64,000 nt of DNA from Candidatus Nomurabacteria bacterium. GTDB lineage: Bacteria; Patescibacteriota; Minisyncoccia; Phycocordibacterales; UBA9973. The notes under the pieces were generated by a model. It did no database searches. It was not told the DNA's origin and saw nothing but the letters and a program-made list of their open reading frames with translations. A program made the position numbers and the translations under genes. Numbering within the stretch: the first letter of the stretch is position 1; the number at the start of each line of letters is the position of its first letter. Shown piece after piece: positions 1 to 9,530 of the stretch. Location: contig JACKGL010000002.1 of assembly GCA_020631955.1 (NCBI GenBank), positions 13,860-77,859 of the forward strand, in the 5' to 3' direction.

Positions 1-1660
1 CAGCAAGGATAAGAGCGTTTTGGAAAGCGTCTACTGTTTGGTCTTGAGGAATATTTGTTCTGCCGTTGGCTATATCTGACATCCTTCTTATATATATATC
101 TACCAGAGATCTATAGTAAACATCTGACTCTGCGATACTAATAGCTGATTGTAAGTTTTGTTCTGCTTTAGACAAGTCTCCGTCTGTGTTGTAAGCAATA
201 AATGCGCTTCTGAAATACAAAGTCGCAACAAAATGTCTGATATAAAATGTAGTAAGTACTACACCTAAAATAGCTACGAGTATTTTTATAGCAAGTCCGA
301 TTTTTATATGTTTGTTTAAATAAGTTTGACCAATAAAATCAATTTTATTTTGTGTAAGTTTACCTATAGCCAAACCAAACATAATAAAAGCTAAATAAAA
401 CAAAGCTACAGAAGGGACATAAAATAAAGTGTAGTAAACAAAATACAAAGATATGGAGGGTATGATGTATTTGGATATTGGATCTTCTTTTTCGAGACCT
501 TTACCTATGAGGTTCTTTACTATCAACATCAAGAATAAGACTATAAATGCGAGTAGCGCCAACGCTCCTAGTATTCCAGAAGTAACAGCTATCGTAGGTA
601 ATACACCAAAACCATAAAGGAAGTTTGTATCCCAAAATACTGTTTGGTTTACCTCTTGAGGTTTGTATAGGGGCCATGTTTTGGAAAAGTTGCCAGGACC
701 TACACCAAACAAAGCTCTTTCTTTTATAGAAGAAATAAAGATGTCTTTGGTGCTCACAATAGAAGGTCTTATTTCTGTTTCTACATAACCAAGTTTGGTA
801 CTTACAGTATTTGTAACAATAGATCCAAGAAATATAAACACAATAGACACAAACACTACTATCAAAGACTTTATAGATATTTTCTTGTTTGTATTTTCAT
901 TGTTCGGACCAAAAAGATTGATAACACCGGTAAAAAATACCAAAGATATCAATCCGACTGCTATCCAAACATCTTTATAACCAGCAAGGGCTAGCATAAG
1001 AAGTGAAGCCACTAAAGTTGTTATGATATATTTTCTAAAATTCCCTATTGGTTTTGCAAACTCTAGCATCGATATCGATATGATAGATATAAGTCCAAAA
1101 AATATTGCTGATGAATGTAAGTTGCCTATTAGTGACTGATTTGCATTACTCAAAATTCCAAAAGAGAAAAATACAGGAAAAATAAATCGTAGTATTTGGT
1201 GTATAAATACTACCCAAAAAGAAAGTAGAAGAGCCTTGGATATATTGAGATATGATTTAGTACTATCAAAGTGTACTGCGGACAAAACCATAGCTGCTCC
1301 AGCAGATACCAATGTGAAAAATGTTCCGACTTCAAAGTTGGTACCAAATAAAGAATAGTTTATAGATGTAGATAAAAGAGCAGAGATAAGTGCTACTACC
1401 AAAAACACTCCATAAAACCTTATGATGTTACTTTTTACTATTTGCAGCTTACCATCTACCAATCCCCCTATAAACCAAGTCACGAATGATACTGTAACAC
1501 CCAACATAAAGAAAAAAGACTTGAAAGGCCCTATAGCGTACCCAGGTAATGGTAAGAAAATAAATGATATCAGAAATACCATTAAACTAAGGCTGTAATA
1601 GGAAAAATCTAGTGTTTTAGAGCTATTTTCCCTACTTGTATTTTTAAGAAATCCAAACAT
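1..1660 (-). CDS. Polytopic membrane protein, N-terminal 553 codons only (C-terminus lies beyond the window start). O-antigen-ligase/Wzy-like with a TPR-like tail; family call is tentative.
   Basis: It is absent from the ORF track because it runs off the window edge. I checked the minus-strand frame that starts at ATG (complement of cat 1658-1660) line by line. No tta/cta/tca occurs in that frame down to position 2. The translation MFGFLKNTSRENSSKTLDFSYYSLSLMVFLISFIF... has 10 or more hydrophobic spans, then a helical soluble tail (..LYFRSAFIAYNTDGDLSKAEQNLQSAISIAESDVYYRSL..). Confidence 0.6.
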   Translation of the reverse strand, partial: MFGFLKNTSRENSSKTLDFSYYSLSLMVFLISFIFLPLPGYAIGPFKSFFFMLGVTVSFVTWFIGGLVDGKLQIVKSNIIRFYGVFLVVALISALLSTSINYSLFGTNFEVGTFFTLVSAGAAMVLSAVHFDSTKSYLNISKALLLSFWVVFIHQILRFIFPVFFSFGILSNANQSLIGNLHSSAIFFGLISIISISMLEFAKPIGNFRKYIITTLVASLLMLALAGYKDVWIAVGLISLVFFTGVINLFGPNNENTNKKISIKSLIVVFVSIVFIFLGSIVTNTVSTKLGYVETEIRPSIVSTKDIFISSIKERALFGVGPGNFSKTWPLYKPQEVNQTVFWDTNFLYGFGVLPTIAVTSGILGALALLAFIVLFLMLIVKNLIGKGLEKEDPISKYIIPSISLYFVYYTLFYVPSVALFYLAFIMFGLAIGKLTQNKIDFIGQTYLNKHIKIGLAIKILVAILGVVLTTFYIRHFVATLYFRSAFIAYNTDGDLSKAEQNLQSAISIAESDVYYRSLVDIYIRRMSDIANGRTNIPQDQTVDAFQNALILA

Positions 1661-1760
1661 CGTAAAATTATCACTTTTTATTAATAAAGCTTATATTATC
1701 ACACAAAAGAGATTTTTAAATCTTTTTTTTCAACCGTTGACTGCTAGGAAAAATGTGTTT

Positions 1761-2792
1761 TTAAGACCCTAAATTGGGGAATAATTTAAGGCTTTTTAGA
1801 TATTCTACTGGTGTTATTTTGCTATTGTATATATTTGTAGCCGCATCTATACCTACATATCTCCAATGCCAAGGTTCATAAGTATAGCCTGTTATATATT
1901 CCAAACCTTCAGGATAAGAAAGTACGAACCCATACAAGTGCGCATTGTCCGAAAGCCATTGATATTCTTTTGTAAATTTCATGCTCTTAGTGGTGGGTTC
2001 ATAACCAAGCGATTGCGGAGCAAGATCAACAGCTACACCCAACTGATGCTCAGAGTGTCCCGGCATAGCTACAGAAGGATAATTATACAGACTCTGACGT
2101 TCATAATCATACAGACTGTCTTGCAACTCATATCTTCTATAGCCACTGGTGACTTTCATATCAAGACCATCTTCCTTCATACTGTTGTACATAGAGGTGT
2201 AAGCCTGAGCTGCATCACCACGAAGACAAATAATACCACTTGTATTTACGCTACTCCCAAGGACAGTAAGCTTTGGTGGGACATAGTCTTGTTGTATGTT
2301 GTTGGTACGATCTATAGGATATAAAATATAATCATTTTCTTCTGCAAACTCATTGTTGGGGCAATAAGAAGAAAGTAGATCTTGGTAAATCTTACTTTTT
2401 GTAATACCTGAAAACTCTCCATTACTAGGTAGTATAAGATTTTGTTTTTGATAATCCGATATCACTTGTTGTGTTTCTGTACCAAAATAATTGTCTGCTT
2501 TTGAAAGGTTTGTACCTATGGCCATAAGGTATTTTTCCAATACAAAAACATCCGTCCCTGTAGAACCTAGTGTCAGATCTCTATAAAATCCTCCGTTTTG
2601 TCTCCATGAGTTTATGGTGACAATATCTAAAATAGGAAAAGTATAAACAAAAGATTCGTTTTCTGTATTTGCAGAAGTTTTTTCAACTATGGATATATGC
2701 TCGTAATTATCTATCTGTATTTTTGAATATATATAAAAAACAGCCAAAAGTACAATAATCATGGTTATCCCTAACATGGCTATTTTCTTCAT
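1761..2792 (-). CDS. Membrane-anchored D-alanyl-D-alanine carboxypeptidase, VanY / peptidase M15B family, with a peptidoglycan-binding-like segment
   Basis: 343-aa ORF with an N-terminal TM (MKKIAMLGITMIIVLLAVFYIY). It carries the M15B zinc motifs SGYRRYELQ, HSEHQLGVAVDL and EPWHWRYVG. Confidence 0.85.
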   Translation of the reverse strand: MKKIAMLGITMIIVLLAVFYIYSKIQIDNYEHISIVEKTSANTENESFVYTFPILDIVTINSWRQNGGFYRDLTLGSTGTDVFVLEKYLMAIGTNLSKADNYFGTETQQVISDYQKQNLILPSNGEFSGITKSKIYQDLLSSYCPNNEFAEENDYILYPIDRTNNIQQDYVPPKLTVLGSSVNTSGIICLRGDAAQAYTSMYNSMKEDGLDMKVTSGYRRYELQDSLYDYERQSLYNYPSVAMPGHSEHQLGVAVDLAPQSLGYEPTTKSMKFTKEYQWLSDNAHLYGFVLSYPEGLEYITGYTYEPWHWRYVGIDAATNIYNSKITPVEYLKSLKLFPNLGS

Positions 2793-2828
2793 ATATTAAT
2801 TCTAACAAGAAAAATAAATAAAAAGAAT

Positions 2829-5081
2829 TTACTTTGCTACTTTAACAGCTTCTTCAAACTGAACTGTAAGTAGACGAGATCCTCCATCGGAACCCAGAGT
2901 AACACCGTAGAGAACCTGAGCTCTAGACATAGTCTCCCTGTTGTGTGTCACCACTATAAGCTGGCTATGTTTTGAAAGTTTTTCCAACATATCACCATAT
3001 CTTCTACTATTGGCTTCATCAAGAGCTGCGTCTGTTTCATCAAGTACTATAAAAGGTGGTGGATTTACAGAAGATATAGCGAACAAAAGAGCTATAGATG
3101 TAAGAGATCTTTCCCCACCAGAGAGCATCATAAGTTCTTTTACTTTTTTTTGTGGCAAATTTACATGAATATCTATACCTTTTTCCAAAGGCACATCTTC
3201 TTGTTCTAGTTCATCTTCTTCGCTCCTACGACGTCTTTTTTCTGTAACCACTTCTAAGAAAGCCCTACCTCCGCCAAACATAGTCTCAAAATATTCTTGA
3301 AATGTTTTATTTATATCATTTACTCCTTCTTGAAACTTTTCTTCTATTATCTCCTTGGTTTCTTTTATGATATCTTCGATTTGTGATTTGGAGTTTTCTA
3401 TATCTTCACTCTCTTTTTCTAAGTATTGATCTCTAGTTAAAGTTTCTTGGTACTCCTTTTCCATATCTTCACCACTAGCTCCACCTAAAGACTCTAGTTT
3501 TATCTTTAGTCTTTCAAGGTCTTTTTTCAAAGCTGTCAAATGTTCTTTGTCTATTTCTTCCTCATTTTTTTTGTTTTTGTAATCTAAAATACTAGACCCT
3601 ATCAATATAGACCCTTCTTTTACCTCTTCTTCAAAAGATGTCTCCCTCTCTTCTACAGAAGAAATCTCTCTTTCTATAAGAGTTATTTTACTTTCTAATT
3701 CTTGTTTTTTGAGTTTCTTATCAGAATATTCTTTTTCTTTTTCCAAGTTAGAAGATTGCATAGACTGGAAACCACTATAAAGAGCAGACTTTTTAGATTC
3801 TAGATCTTCTATGTCTTTTAGAAACTTGGATTTTCTTTCCGCGTAAGTGCTTATGTCTTTAGATAGATTGGCTATTTTCTCTTTTATATCAAAAAGTACT
3901 TGGTCTTTTTCTAATATATTTTCACCTTTGTAATACACCTCCACTTCTCTTTCTATCTTACCTAAAAGTTCTTTCACTAAGGATTGTATCTCGTTGGTAT
4001 CTGAAGATTTGTTTATTTTCTGAAGTATTTCTTTAGAGGAATCTACAAAACTTTTTATTTTTGTAGTATATATAGTTATTTCACTTTTTTCTGTTTTAGA
4101 ATATTTATCTAGATTGGATTTTTCTATCTCTATAAAAGCAGATATTTTTGCCTCTTCTTTTATGAGTTCATCTACTCTGGTTCTTATCTCTGCTATCTTG
4201 TTATTTATTTCGGAAACATTTTTTTCTAGCTCTACCTCCGCTTCATCTTCAGAAACATTGTTCTTGTAAGAAGACAGTGAACTCTCAACCACTGAAAGCT
4301 CACCTTTCAAAACCGATATTTGATTGGTGAGGTCTTGTTTTGTGTTTTTAATATAATGTGACTCTAAAGCTAAGTACTGCGCATAAAGACTCGTAAGCTC
4401 TTCTCTGACACTTTTTGCTTCCAATGATTTTTCTACTTGTTTTTTTAGGAATTTAAGATGAGGAGCTATTTCTCTTCTTTGGATATTTACTTCTTTCAGA
4501 TTTTCAATACTTTTTTCCAATCTTCTTTCAGATTCTTTTAGTTTGTATTGATAAGATTTTAGTCCTAGTGCGTCTTCTATCATCTCTCTTCTCTCTTTTA
4601 TTGAAGCACTCAGGAGTCTGTCGGCCTCACCTTGGGAAATAATATGATGCCCAGAAGAACCTATGTTCACACTAGAAAGAAGATCGTTTATGTCTTTGAG
4701 TCTTACTTCAGAACCATTTATGGTATATGTACTACCTCCATCTTTGAAAACCTCTCTAGCTATAACTATCTCGTTAAAATCCAAAGATATATTTAAGTCT
4801 TCTGAAAAAGAAAACTTCTTATCTTTATTATCAAAAACAATAGAAACTTTAGCTCTGTTCGGTGAGGACAAAACCTTAGAACCTTTAAATATAAGATCTG
4901 AAGAAGATTTTCCTCTAAGAGACTTCATGGATTGTTCCCCTAGTACAAATCTTATAGACTCTACGACATTTGACTTACCAGAACCGTTTGGCCCTACTAT
5001 AGCTGTGACTGGAGTATTGAAAAATAGCTCATTTTTCTTGGCGAAAGATTTGAAACCGTTTAATTCTATAGATTTAAGCAT
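2829..5081 (-). CDS. SMC-family ATPase, short (750 aa) and apparently hinge-less
   Basis: The N-terminal head has Walker A GPNGSGKSN and IISQGEADRLL. The C-terminal head has the signature LSGGERSLTSIALLFAI and Walker B FIVLDETDAALD. The roughly 450 aa between them are uninterrupted Glu/Lys-rich heptad-like sequence, with no Gly-rich globular hinge and no Cys. Confidence 0.8.
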   Translation of the reverse strand: MLKSIELNGFKSFAKKNELFFNTPVTAIVGPNGSGKSNVVESIRFVLGEQSMKSLRGKSSSDLIFKGSKVLSSPNRAKVSIVFDNKDKKFSFSEDLNISLDFNEIVIAREVFKDGGSTYTINGSEVRLKDINDLLSSVNIGSSGHHIISQGEADRLLSASIKERREMIEDALGLKSYQYKLKESERRLEKSIENLKEVNIQRREIAPHLKFLKKQVEKSLEAKSVREELTSLYAQYLALESHYIKNTKQDLTNQISVLKGELSVVESSLSSYKNNVSEDEAEVELEKNVSEINNKIAEIRTRVDELIKEEAKISAFIEIEKSNLDKYSKTEKSEITIYTTKIKSFVDSSKEILQKINKSSDTNEIQSLVKELLGKIEREVEVYYKGENILEKDQVLFDIKEKIANLSKDISTYAERKSKFLKDIEDLESKKSALYSGFQSMQSSNLEKEKEYSDKKLKKQELESKITLIEREISSVEERETSFEEEVKEGSILIGSSILDYKNKKNEEEIDKEHLTALKKDLERLKIKLESLGGASGEDMEKEYQETLTRDQYLEKESEDIENSKSQIEDIIKETKEIIEEKFQEGVNDINKTFQEYFETMFGGGRAFLEVVTEKRRRRSEEDELEQEDVPLEKGIDIHVNLPQKKVKELMMLSGGERSLTSIALLFAISSVNPPPFIVLDETDAALDEANSRRYGDMLEKLSKHSQLIVVTHNRETMSRAQVLYGVTLGSDGGSRLLTVQFEEAVKVAK

Positions 5082-5111
5082 AATATCGTTTTATTGTATC
5101 AAAAATAGACC

Positions 5112-5429
5112 TTATTCCAAAACCAAAATAATCGCAATAACTCCTAAAATGACACCTATAATTTGAGTATTGGTTATATTTTCTTTGTATATAAATACAC
5201 CTATGGCTACAGCTAAAACTATGCTAAATACAGAAAATAGAGTAGCACCTCTTGTAAGACCAGAACCGTTTTTGAGAGCAAATAACCAAGATATATTGGC
5301 TAGAATATAAAAAGCTATAGCTACAAACGCATAGTACATCTTGGAACCATGCCCAAAACTTCCGGCAAAATAGTCAGCTATTGCTTCTAATATCACGAGT
5401 AATATAAGTGGCAATATCCAGACCCACAT
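5112..5429 (-). CDS. Small four-TM membrane protein (SMR/EamA-half-like)
   Basis: 105 aa, entirely hydrophobic with about 4 helices. Size and topology fit small multidrug-resistance-type transporters, but I recognised no diagnostic motif. Confidence 0.4.
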   Translation of the reverse strand: MWVWILPLILLVILEAIADYFAGSFGHGSKMYYAFVAIAFYILANISWLFALKNGSGLTRGATLFSVFSIVLAVAIGVFIYKENITNTQIIGVILGVIAIILVLE

Positions 5430-5430
5430 A

Positions 5431-6303
5431 TTACTTACTCATTAAAGCTTTTATTCTATCTTCTACAGGAGGGTGAGTAGAAAAAAGACCCTTCACGCGA
5501 GAACCAAAAGGATTGGCTATGAAAAGATGAGCTGTGGCTTTGTGAGCTTTTTTCATCGGAGCGTTGTGTGACGATATCTTTGACAAAGCATTGGCCAAAC
5601 CTTCTGGATATCTGGTAAGCAACGCTCCAGATGCATCAGCAAGAAATTCTCTTTTTCTAGATATCGCTAATTGGACTAAAGTAGCAAATATAGGAGCAAG
5701 TATAGCTAGTACTATACCGATCAGTACTAAGATGTTGCCCTTGCTGTTTCTATCACTTCCACCTCCATATATACGTGACCTTAAAAAAGCATCGGCTATA
5801 AGAGAGATAAATCCAGCCAGTACTACAGCCACAGTGGAAACCAAAATATCTTTGTTACCTATGTGAGAGAGTTCATGAGCAGCCACCCCTTCGAGTTCAC
5901 TTCTGTCTAAAATAGAAAGTATTCCTGTAGTAAAAGCTATAGCAGCATGCTCTTTGTTTCTACCAGTAGCAAAAGCGTTGGGAACTGGGTCGTCGATGAT
6001 GTATATTTTTGGTTTTGGTAAACCAGCTGTTATTGCTAGATTCTCTATAATATTATGCAGATCACGATACTGAACTTCGTCTGCCAGTCTAGCTCCAGAA
6101 ACTCTAAGAGCTATGTTTGCACTATTCCAATATGAAAAAATATTCATAAATAAAGCAAAGATAAAAAATATATACAGTATAGAAGGGTCACCATATATTT
6201 GGGAAAAGACAAAACCGATAGCTACCACAAGCACAAAAAAAGTACTCATGAGTAGCCATGTCTTTCTTATGTTTTTATCTTGTTGTGTATAGAGTGTGGC
6301 CAT
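5431..6303 (-). CDS. htpX: HtpX-type M48 membrane zinc protease
   Basis: It has HELSHIGNKD (HExxH) between TM pairs and a C-terminal STHPPVEDRI. The ORF extends to 6414, but the conserved N-terminus MATLYTQQDKNIRKTW starts at ATG 6301-6303 (complement). Confidence 0.85.
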   Translation of the reverse strand: MATLYTQQDKNIRKTWLLMSTFFVLVVAIGFVFSQIYGDPSILYIFFIFALFMNIFSYWNSANIALRVSGARLADEVQYRDLHNIIENLAITAGLPKPKIYIIDDPVPNAFATGRNKEHAAIAFTTGILSILDRSELEGVAAHELSHIGNKDILVSTVAVVLAGFISLIADAFLRSRIYGGGSDRNSKGNILVLIGIVLAILAPIFATLVQLAISRKREFLADASGALLTRYPEGLANALSKISSHNAPMKKAHKATAHLFIANPFGSRVKGLFSTHPPVEDRIKALMSK

Positions 6304-6449
6304 AGTATTATTCAAAAATTTCTGTCCCGACAGATGGTAACTCCAAATCCGGTATATCCTTAGCAGCTTTGTTAATAGAATATGCAAAAAACACGAGTAC
6401 AAAAAGTGATACAACTATTAAAACATTCGTTAACCAATTCATGTATGTT

Positions 6450-6983
6450 TTATAAAAATCCAAAGTAGTCTAGATATTCTTGGTTTGTAGTAGATATGTC
6501 ATACAAAAATCCGTCTATCTCAATGATATAGTAATTACTTTCTCCGAATTCACCTGGTAATGTCCAATGTTCAAAAGTAAGATTACCGTTTGAAACTTCA
6601 CCTATATATGTACGAGAAGATATAAGTGTTCTCCACTCAGAAGGGTTCCCTGGTATAGTTATAAGCATCTTCTCACTATTCTCATAAATAATTTCATATG
6701 ACACGGCGGCGTACTTCCCTGTAGACATTTCTCTTTTTGTAACAGAAATATTGGGTGTATCAACATAAAAACCGTATTCTGAGTTTTCGTATTCCATAGG
6801 ATGTTCTCCTAAAAAACTATCTGAAGCATCTTCGCCTTCTGGCAAATTATATACCGTCTTTTCTTCTTCTAAATTATTTACAATATCGTTTTTAAATAAT
6901 CTGCAAATATATATACCTAAAAACACAAAGAATAGTACAAATATAATTAATAATATTTTTTTTGTTTTATTATCCATATACAA
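6450..6983 (-). CDS. Hypothetical membrane-anchored protein
   Basis: 177-aa ORF with an N-terminal TM (KKILLIIFVLFFVFLGIYI). It sits between lemA and htpX on the same strand. I recognised no family. Confidence 0.55.
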   Translation of the reverse strand: MYMDNKTKKILLIIFVLFFVFLGIYICRLFKNDIVNNLEEEKTVYNLPEGEDASDSFLGEHPMEYENSEYGFYVDTPNISVTKREMSTGKYAAVSYEIIYENSEKMLITIPGNPSEWRTLISSRTYIGEVSNGNLTFEHWTLPGEFGESNYYIIEIDGFLYDISTTNQEYLDYFGFL

Positions 6984-7000
6984 TTAATCTATCCAATAAT

Positions 7001-7558
7001 TTAAAATTTTACTTCTACCGGCTGGTTTTCTACTCCATCGTCTGGAATATCAAAGAATTCCATTTTTTTAAAATGAAATATACCTGCAAAAACATTTCCT
7101 GGAAACATTTCTATTTTTGTATTTAGATCACGTACGTTTGTGTTGTAAAATCTTCTAGCTGCTTGTATTTTATTTTCTGTATCAGAAAGTTCTCTTTGGA
7201 GTTCTAGAAAGTTTGTGTTGGCTTTTAGTTCTGGGTACGCTTCTGCTATACCGAAAAGTCCTGTTATAGCTTGTCCTAGCATAGCTTCTGTTTTAGAGTG
7301 CTCGCCAGCGGTTTTCGCACTCATAGCGCTCGCTCTAGCTTCTGTAACTTTTTCAAAAGCAGTAGACTCATGGGCAGCATAACCTTTTACTGTGTTTACT
7401 AGGTTAGGTATAAGGTCATATCTTCTTTTTAATTGTACTTCGATATCAGCCCAAGCTTCTTTTGTTCTGTTTATTAGTCTTACAAAACCGTTGTAAAATC
7501 CAATAAAAGCCAAAGCTATCAAGACTAAAATAATAATTAACATTGCTCCAAATGACAT
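7001..7558 (-). CDS. lemA: LemA family protein
   Basis: 185 aa with an N-terminal TM followed by NGFVRLINRTKEAWADIEVQLKRRYDLIPNLVNTVKGYAAHE and ..RRFYNTNVRDLN.., the typical LemA signature. Confidence 0.85.
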   Translation of the reverse strand: MSFGAMLIIILVLIALAFIGFYNGFVRLINRTKEAWADIEVQLKRRYDLIPNLVNTVKGYAAHESTAFEKVTEARASAMSAKTAGEHSKTEAMLGQAITGLFGIAEAYPELKANTNFLELQRELSDTENKIQAARRFYNTNVRDLNTKIEMFPGNVFAGIFHFKKMEFFDIPDDGVENQPVEVKF

Positions 7559-7603
7559 AGTAATCCTCTCTTATTTAATAATCCTCTTGCTATTATACAA
7601 CAA

Positions 7604-9514
7604 TTAGGACAGTGCTGAAAGCATGTCTTTTAGGCTAATAGTAGCTACACCTACCACCTTATCTGCACCTCCATAGTATATGTATATATTGCCATCTCTT
7701 AGTATTTCACCGCAAGGAAATACCACTTTATTCACCACTCCTTCCATCTCATAATCTTCTTTTGGTTCGAAGACTGGGCCTGTGGTCCTAGCCAAAACAG
7801 TAGTAGGATCATCTAGGTCCAAAAGTACAGCTCCCATTCTGTAGGTACTTGTCTTGGACACCCCGTGATAAAAAAGTATCCAGCCTTTATCTGTCTTTAT
7901 AGGCTGACCAGAGATACCCACTTTGGCACTGTCCCACATACCTACCCTAGGAGATACTATTTGTATACATCTGTTAGCTTTTTCTTTCGCAAAAGTAGGG
8001 TCAGAAACATAGTCTACACATATATGATTTCCTATTCTATGAAATATATAATACCTTCCGTGCAATTTTTCTGGTAAAAGACATGCGTCTTTATCGTCTA
8101 CACCATCAGGAGAAACTATGTTCGGCTTGGTCCATTTATCCCATTTTCTATTTAAAAAATCTTTCACCTTTATAGTAGTCATCGCTACTCTAGGAGGATG
8201 CACCCCATCATAGGCAGTATAAGTCATATATAAAGTGTCATCTATTTGCACTATCCTAGGGTCTTCACAACCACTATTTCCTGTAGGGCTACCTTTTTTC
8301 ATTTCAAAATCTTCCCGAGGAATATATATAGGATCTTTCAACCTTTCTGTAAGAGTAAATCCGTCTTTAGATACAGCCATACCTACAGTAGATGTGTTGT
8401 CTTTAGACATAGCTCTATACAAAATATATATATCTCCATCTATCTCTATAGAAGCTGGGTTGAACACCGCAAAAGCCTCCCATGCATTTTCTTCTTTTGG
8501 TAGTAAAATAGGGTTGCCGGCATATCTGACAGTTTCTTTTGTGCGTTCTTTAGGGTCTAGAGTCTTGAGCAAAGAAGATAATGACAAACTAGCTCTACAC
8601 CCAGTGGTATCAGCAGCACTGTAGTAAACAACCAAGGTATCTTTACCTTCTAGTTCCGCGTCTGTAGGAAAAACTATATTAGGTACCATACCGTATTTTT
8701 CATACACTTCTTCTGGAACCAAAAAAGGTCCTGGTGTTTTACCTATGATCATCTTAGGGTTGTTTATATCCAGCAAAGCAGCCTCTACTCCAAGCACTGG
8801 TTTTGGTGTGAAGTAGTCCTGTATATGAGAATATATCAATAGCCAACCTCTGTCTGTCTTTATAGGAGCAGCTCCTACCTCTACTTGGTCAGAAGGAAAC
8901 CTTCTAAGATCTATTAGATTTACTTCCTTGTTTTCTTGCCACTTCGCCCAATACTTCGGATCCCAAAGCTCTTCAATATTATCGAGTTCGGCAAAAGCTA
9001 TATGGGAAGGTGGTTTGTCTGTAGAGTAAGTAAAAGCTACTACAATCTTTCCATTTATTCTCTCCGGAAAAAGGGTCATGGCTTTTGCGTTGAAAGGTGT
9101 GACTAAATGTTTTTCTTTTATTACAGTAGGCTTGTCTCCTATAGCAACAGCGACTTTTATATTGTCTGCACTGAAAGGATACCCGCCCAAAGCTGTGTAG
9201 AAAATATAATACTTCCCTTCAAAAAAAGATATTCTAGGATCTTCACAACCAAATTTATCAAAATCCGTATCTGGAAATATAACTTGTTCTCTATCTTTTA
9301 TATCAAGACCATTTGTGGTATTTGCATAAGATATAGATGATATAGAAGTATGACTTCCTATTATCTGATCAGGCTCAGACATAGATCTGTAAAAATAATG
9401 TACCTTTTTACCTTCTCTAACAAGACTCCAACTAAAAGTAGCTGCTGATTCCCAAGGATGTTCTTTTATTGGTTTTAAAATAGGATTGTTATCGTCTCTT
9501 TTTACTATAAACAT
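7604..9514 (-). CDS. Tandem double GH130 (DUF377) beta-propeller protein, a putative beta-mannoside phosphorylase/glycosidase
   Basis: 636 aa built from two homologous halves. Each half has NPIL(K/L)P..E..WE.., GCEDPRI(SFFEGKYYIFYTA / VQIDDTLYMTYTAY), P(I)KTD(R/K)GWLL(I/F)YH and (Y)Y(S/G)(A/G)AD. Confidence 0.75.
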   Translation of the reverse strand: MFIVKRDDNNPILKPIKEHPWESAATFSWSLVREGKKVHYFYRSMSEPDQIIGSHTSISSISYANTTNGLDIKDREQVIFPDTDFDKFGCEDPRISFFEGKYYIFYTALGGYPFSADNIKVAVAIGDKPTVIKEKHLVTPFNAKAMTLFPERINGKIVVAFTYSTDKPPSHIAFAELDNIEELWDPKYWAKWQENKEVNLIDLRRFPSDQVEVGAAPIKTDRGWLLIYSHIQDYFTPKPVLGVEAALLDINNPKMIIGKTPGPFLVPEEVYEKYGMVPNIVFPTDAELEGKDTLVVYYSAADTTGCRASLSLSSLLKTLDPKERTKETVRYAGNPILLPKEENAWEAFAVFNPASIEIDGDIYILYRAMSKDNTSTVGMAVSKDGFTLTERLKDPIYIPREDFEMKKGSPTGNSGCEDPRIVQIDDTLYMTYTAYDGVHPPRVAMTTIKVKDFLNRKWDKWTKPNIVSPDGVDDKDACLLPEKLHGRYYIFHRIGNHICVDYVSDPTFAKEKANRCIQIVSPRVGMWDSAKVGISGQPIKTDKGWILFYHGVSKTSTYRMGAVLLDLDDPTTVLARTTGPVFEPKEDYEMEGVVNKVVFPCGEILRDGNIYIYYGGADKVVGVATISLKDMLSALS

Positions 9515-9530
9515 ATACCTATTCTACCAT

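Noticed and set aside
5112-7558. lemA - unknown - htpX - SMR-like run as a novel stress module
   Set aside because: LemA next to an M48/HtpX-type protease is a widespread, already noted association. The intervening orphan and the small transporter add nothing I can substantiate.
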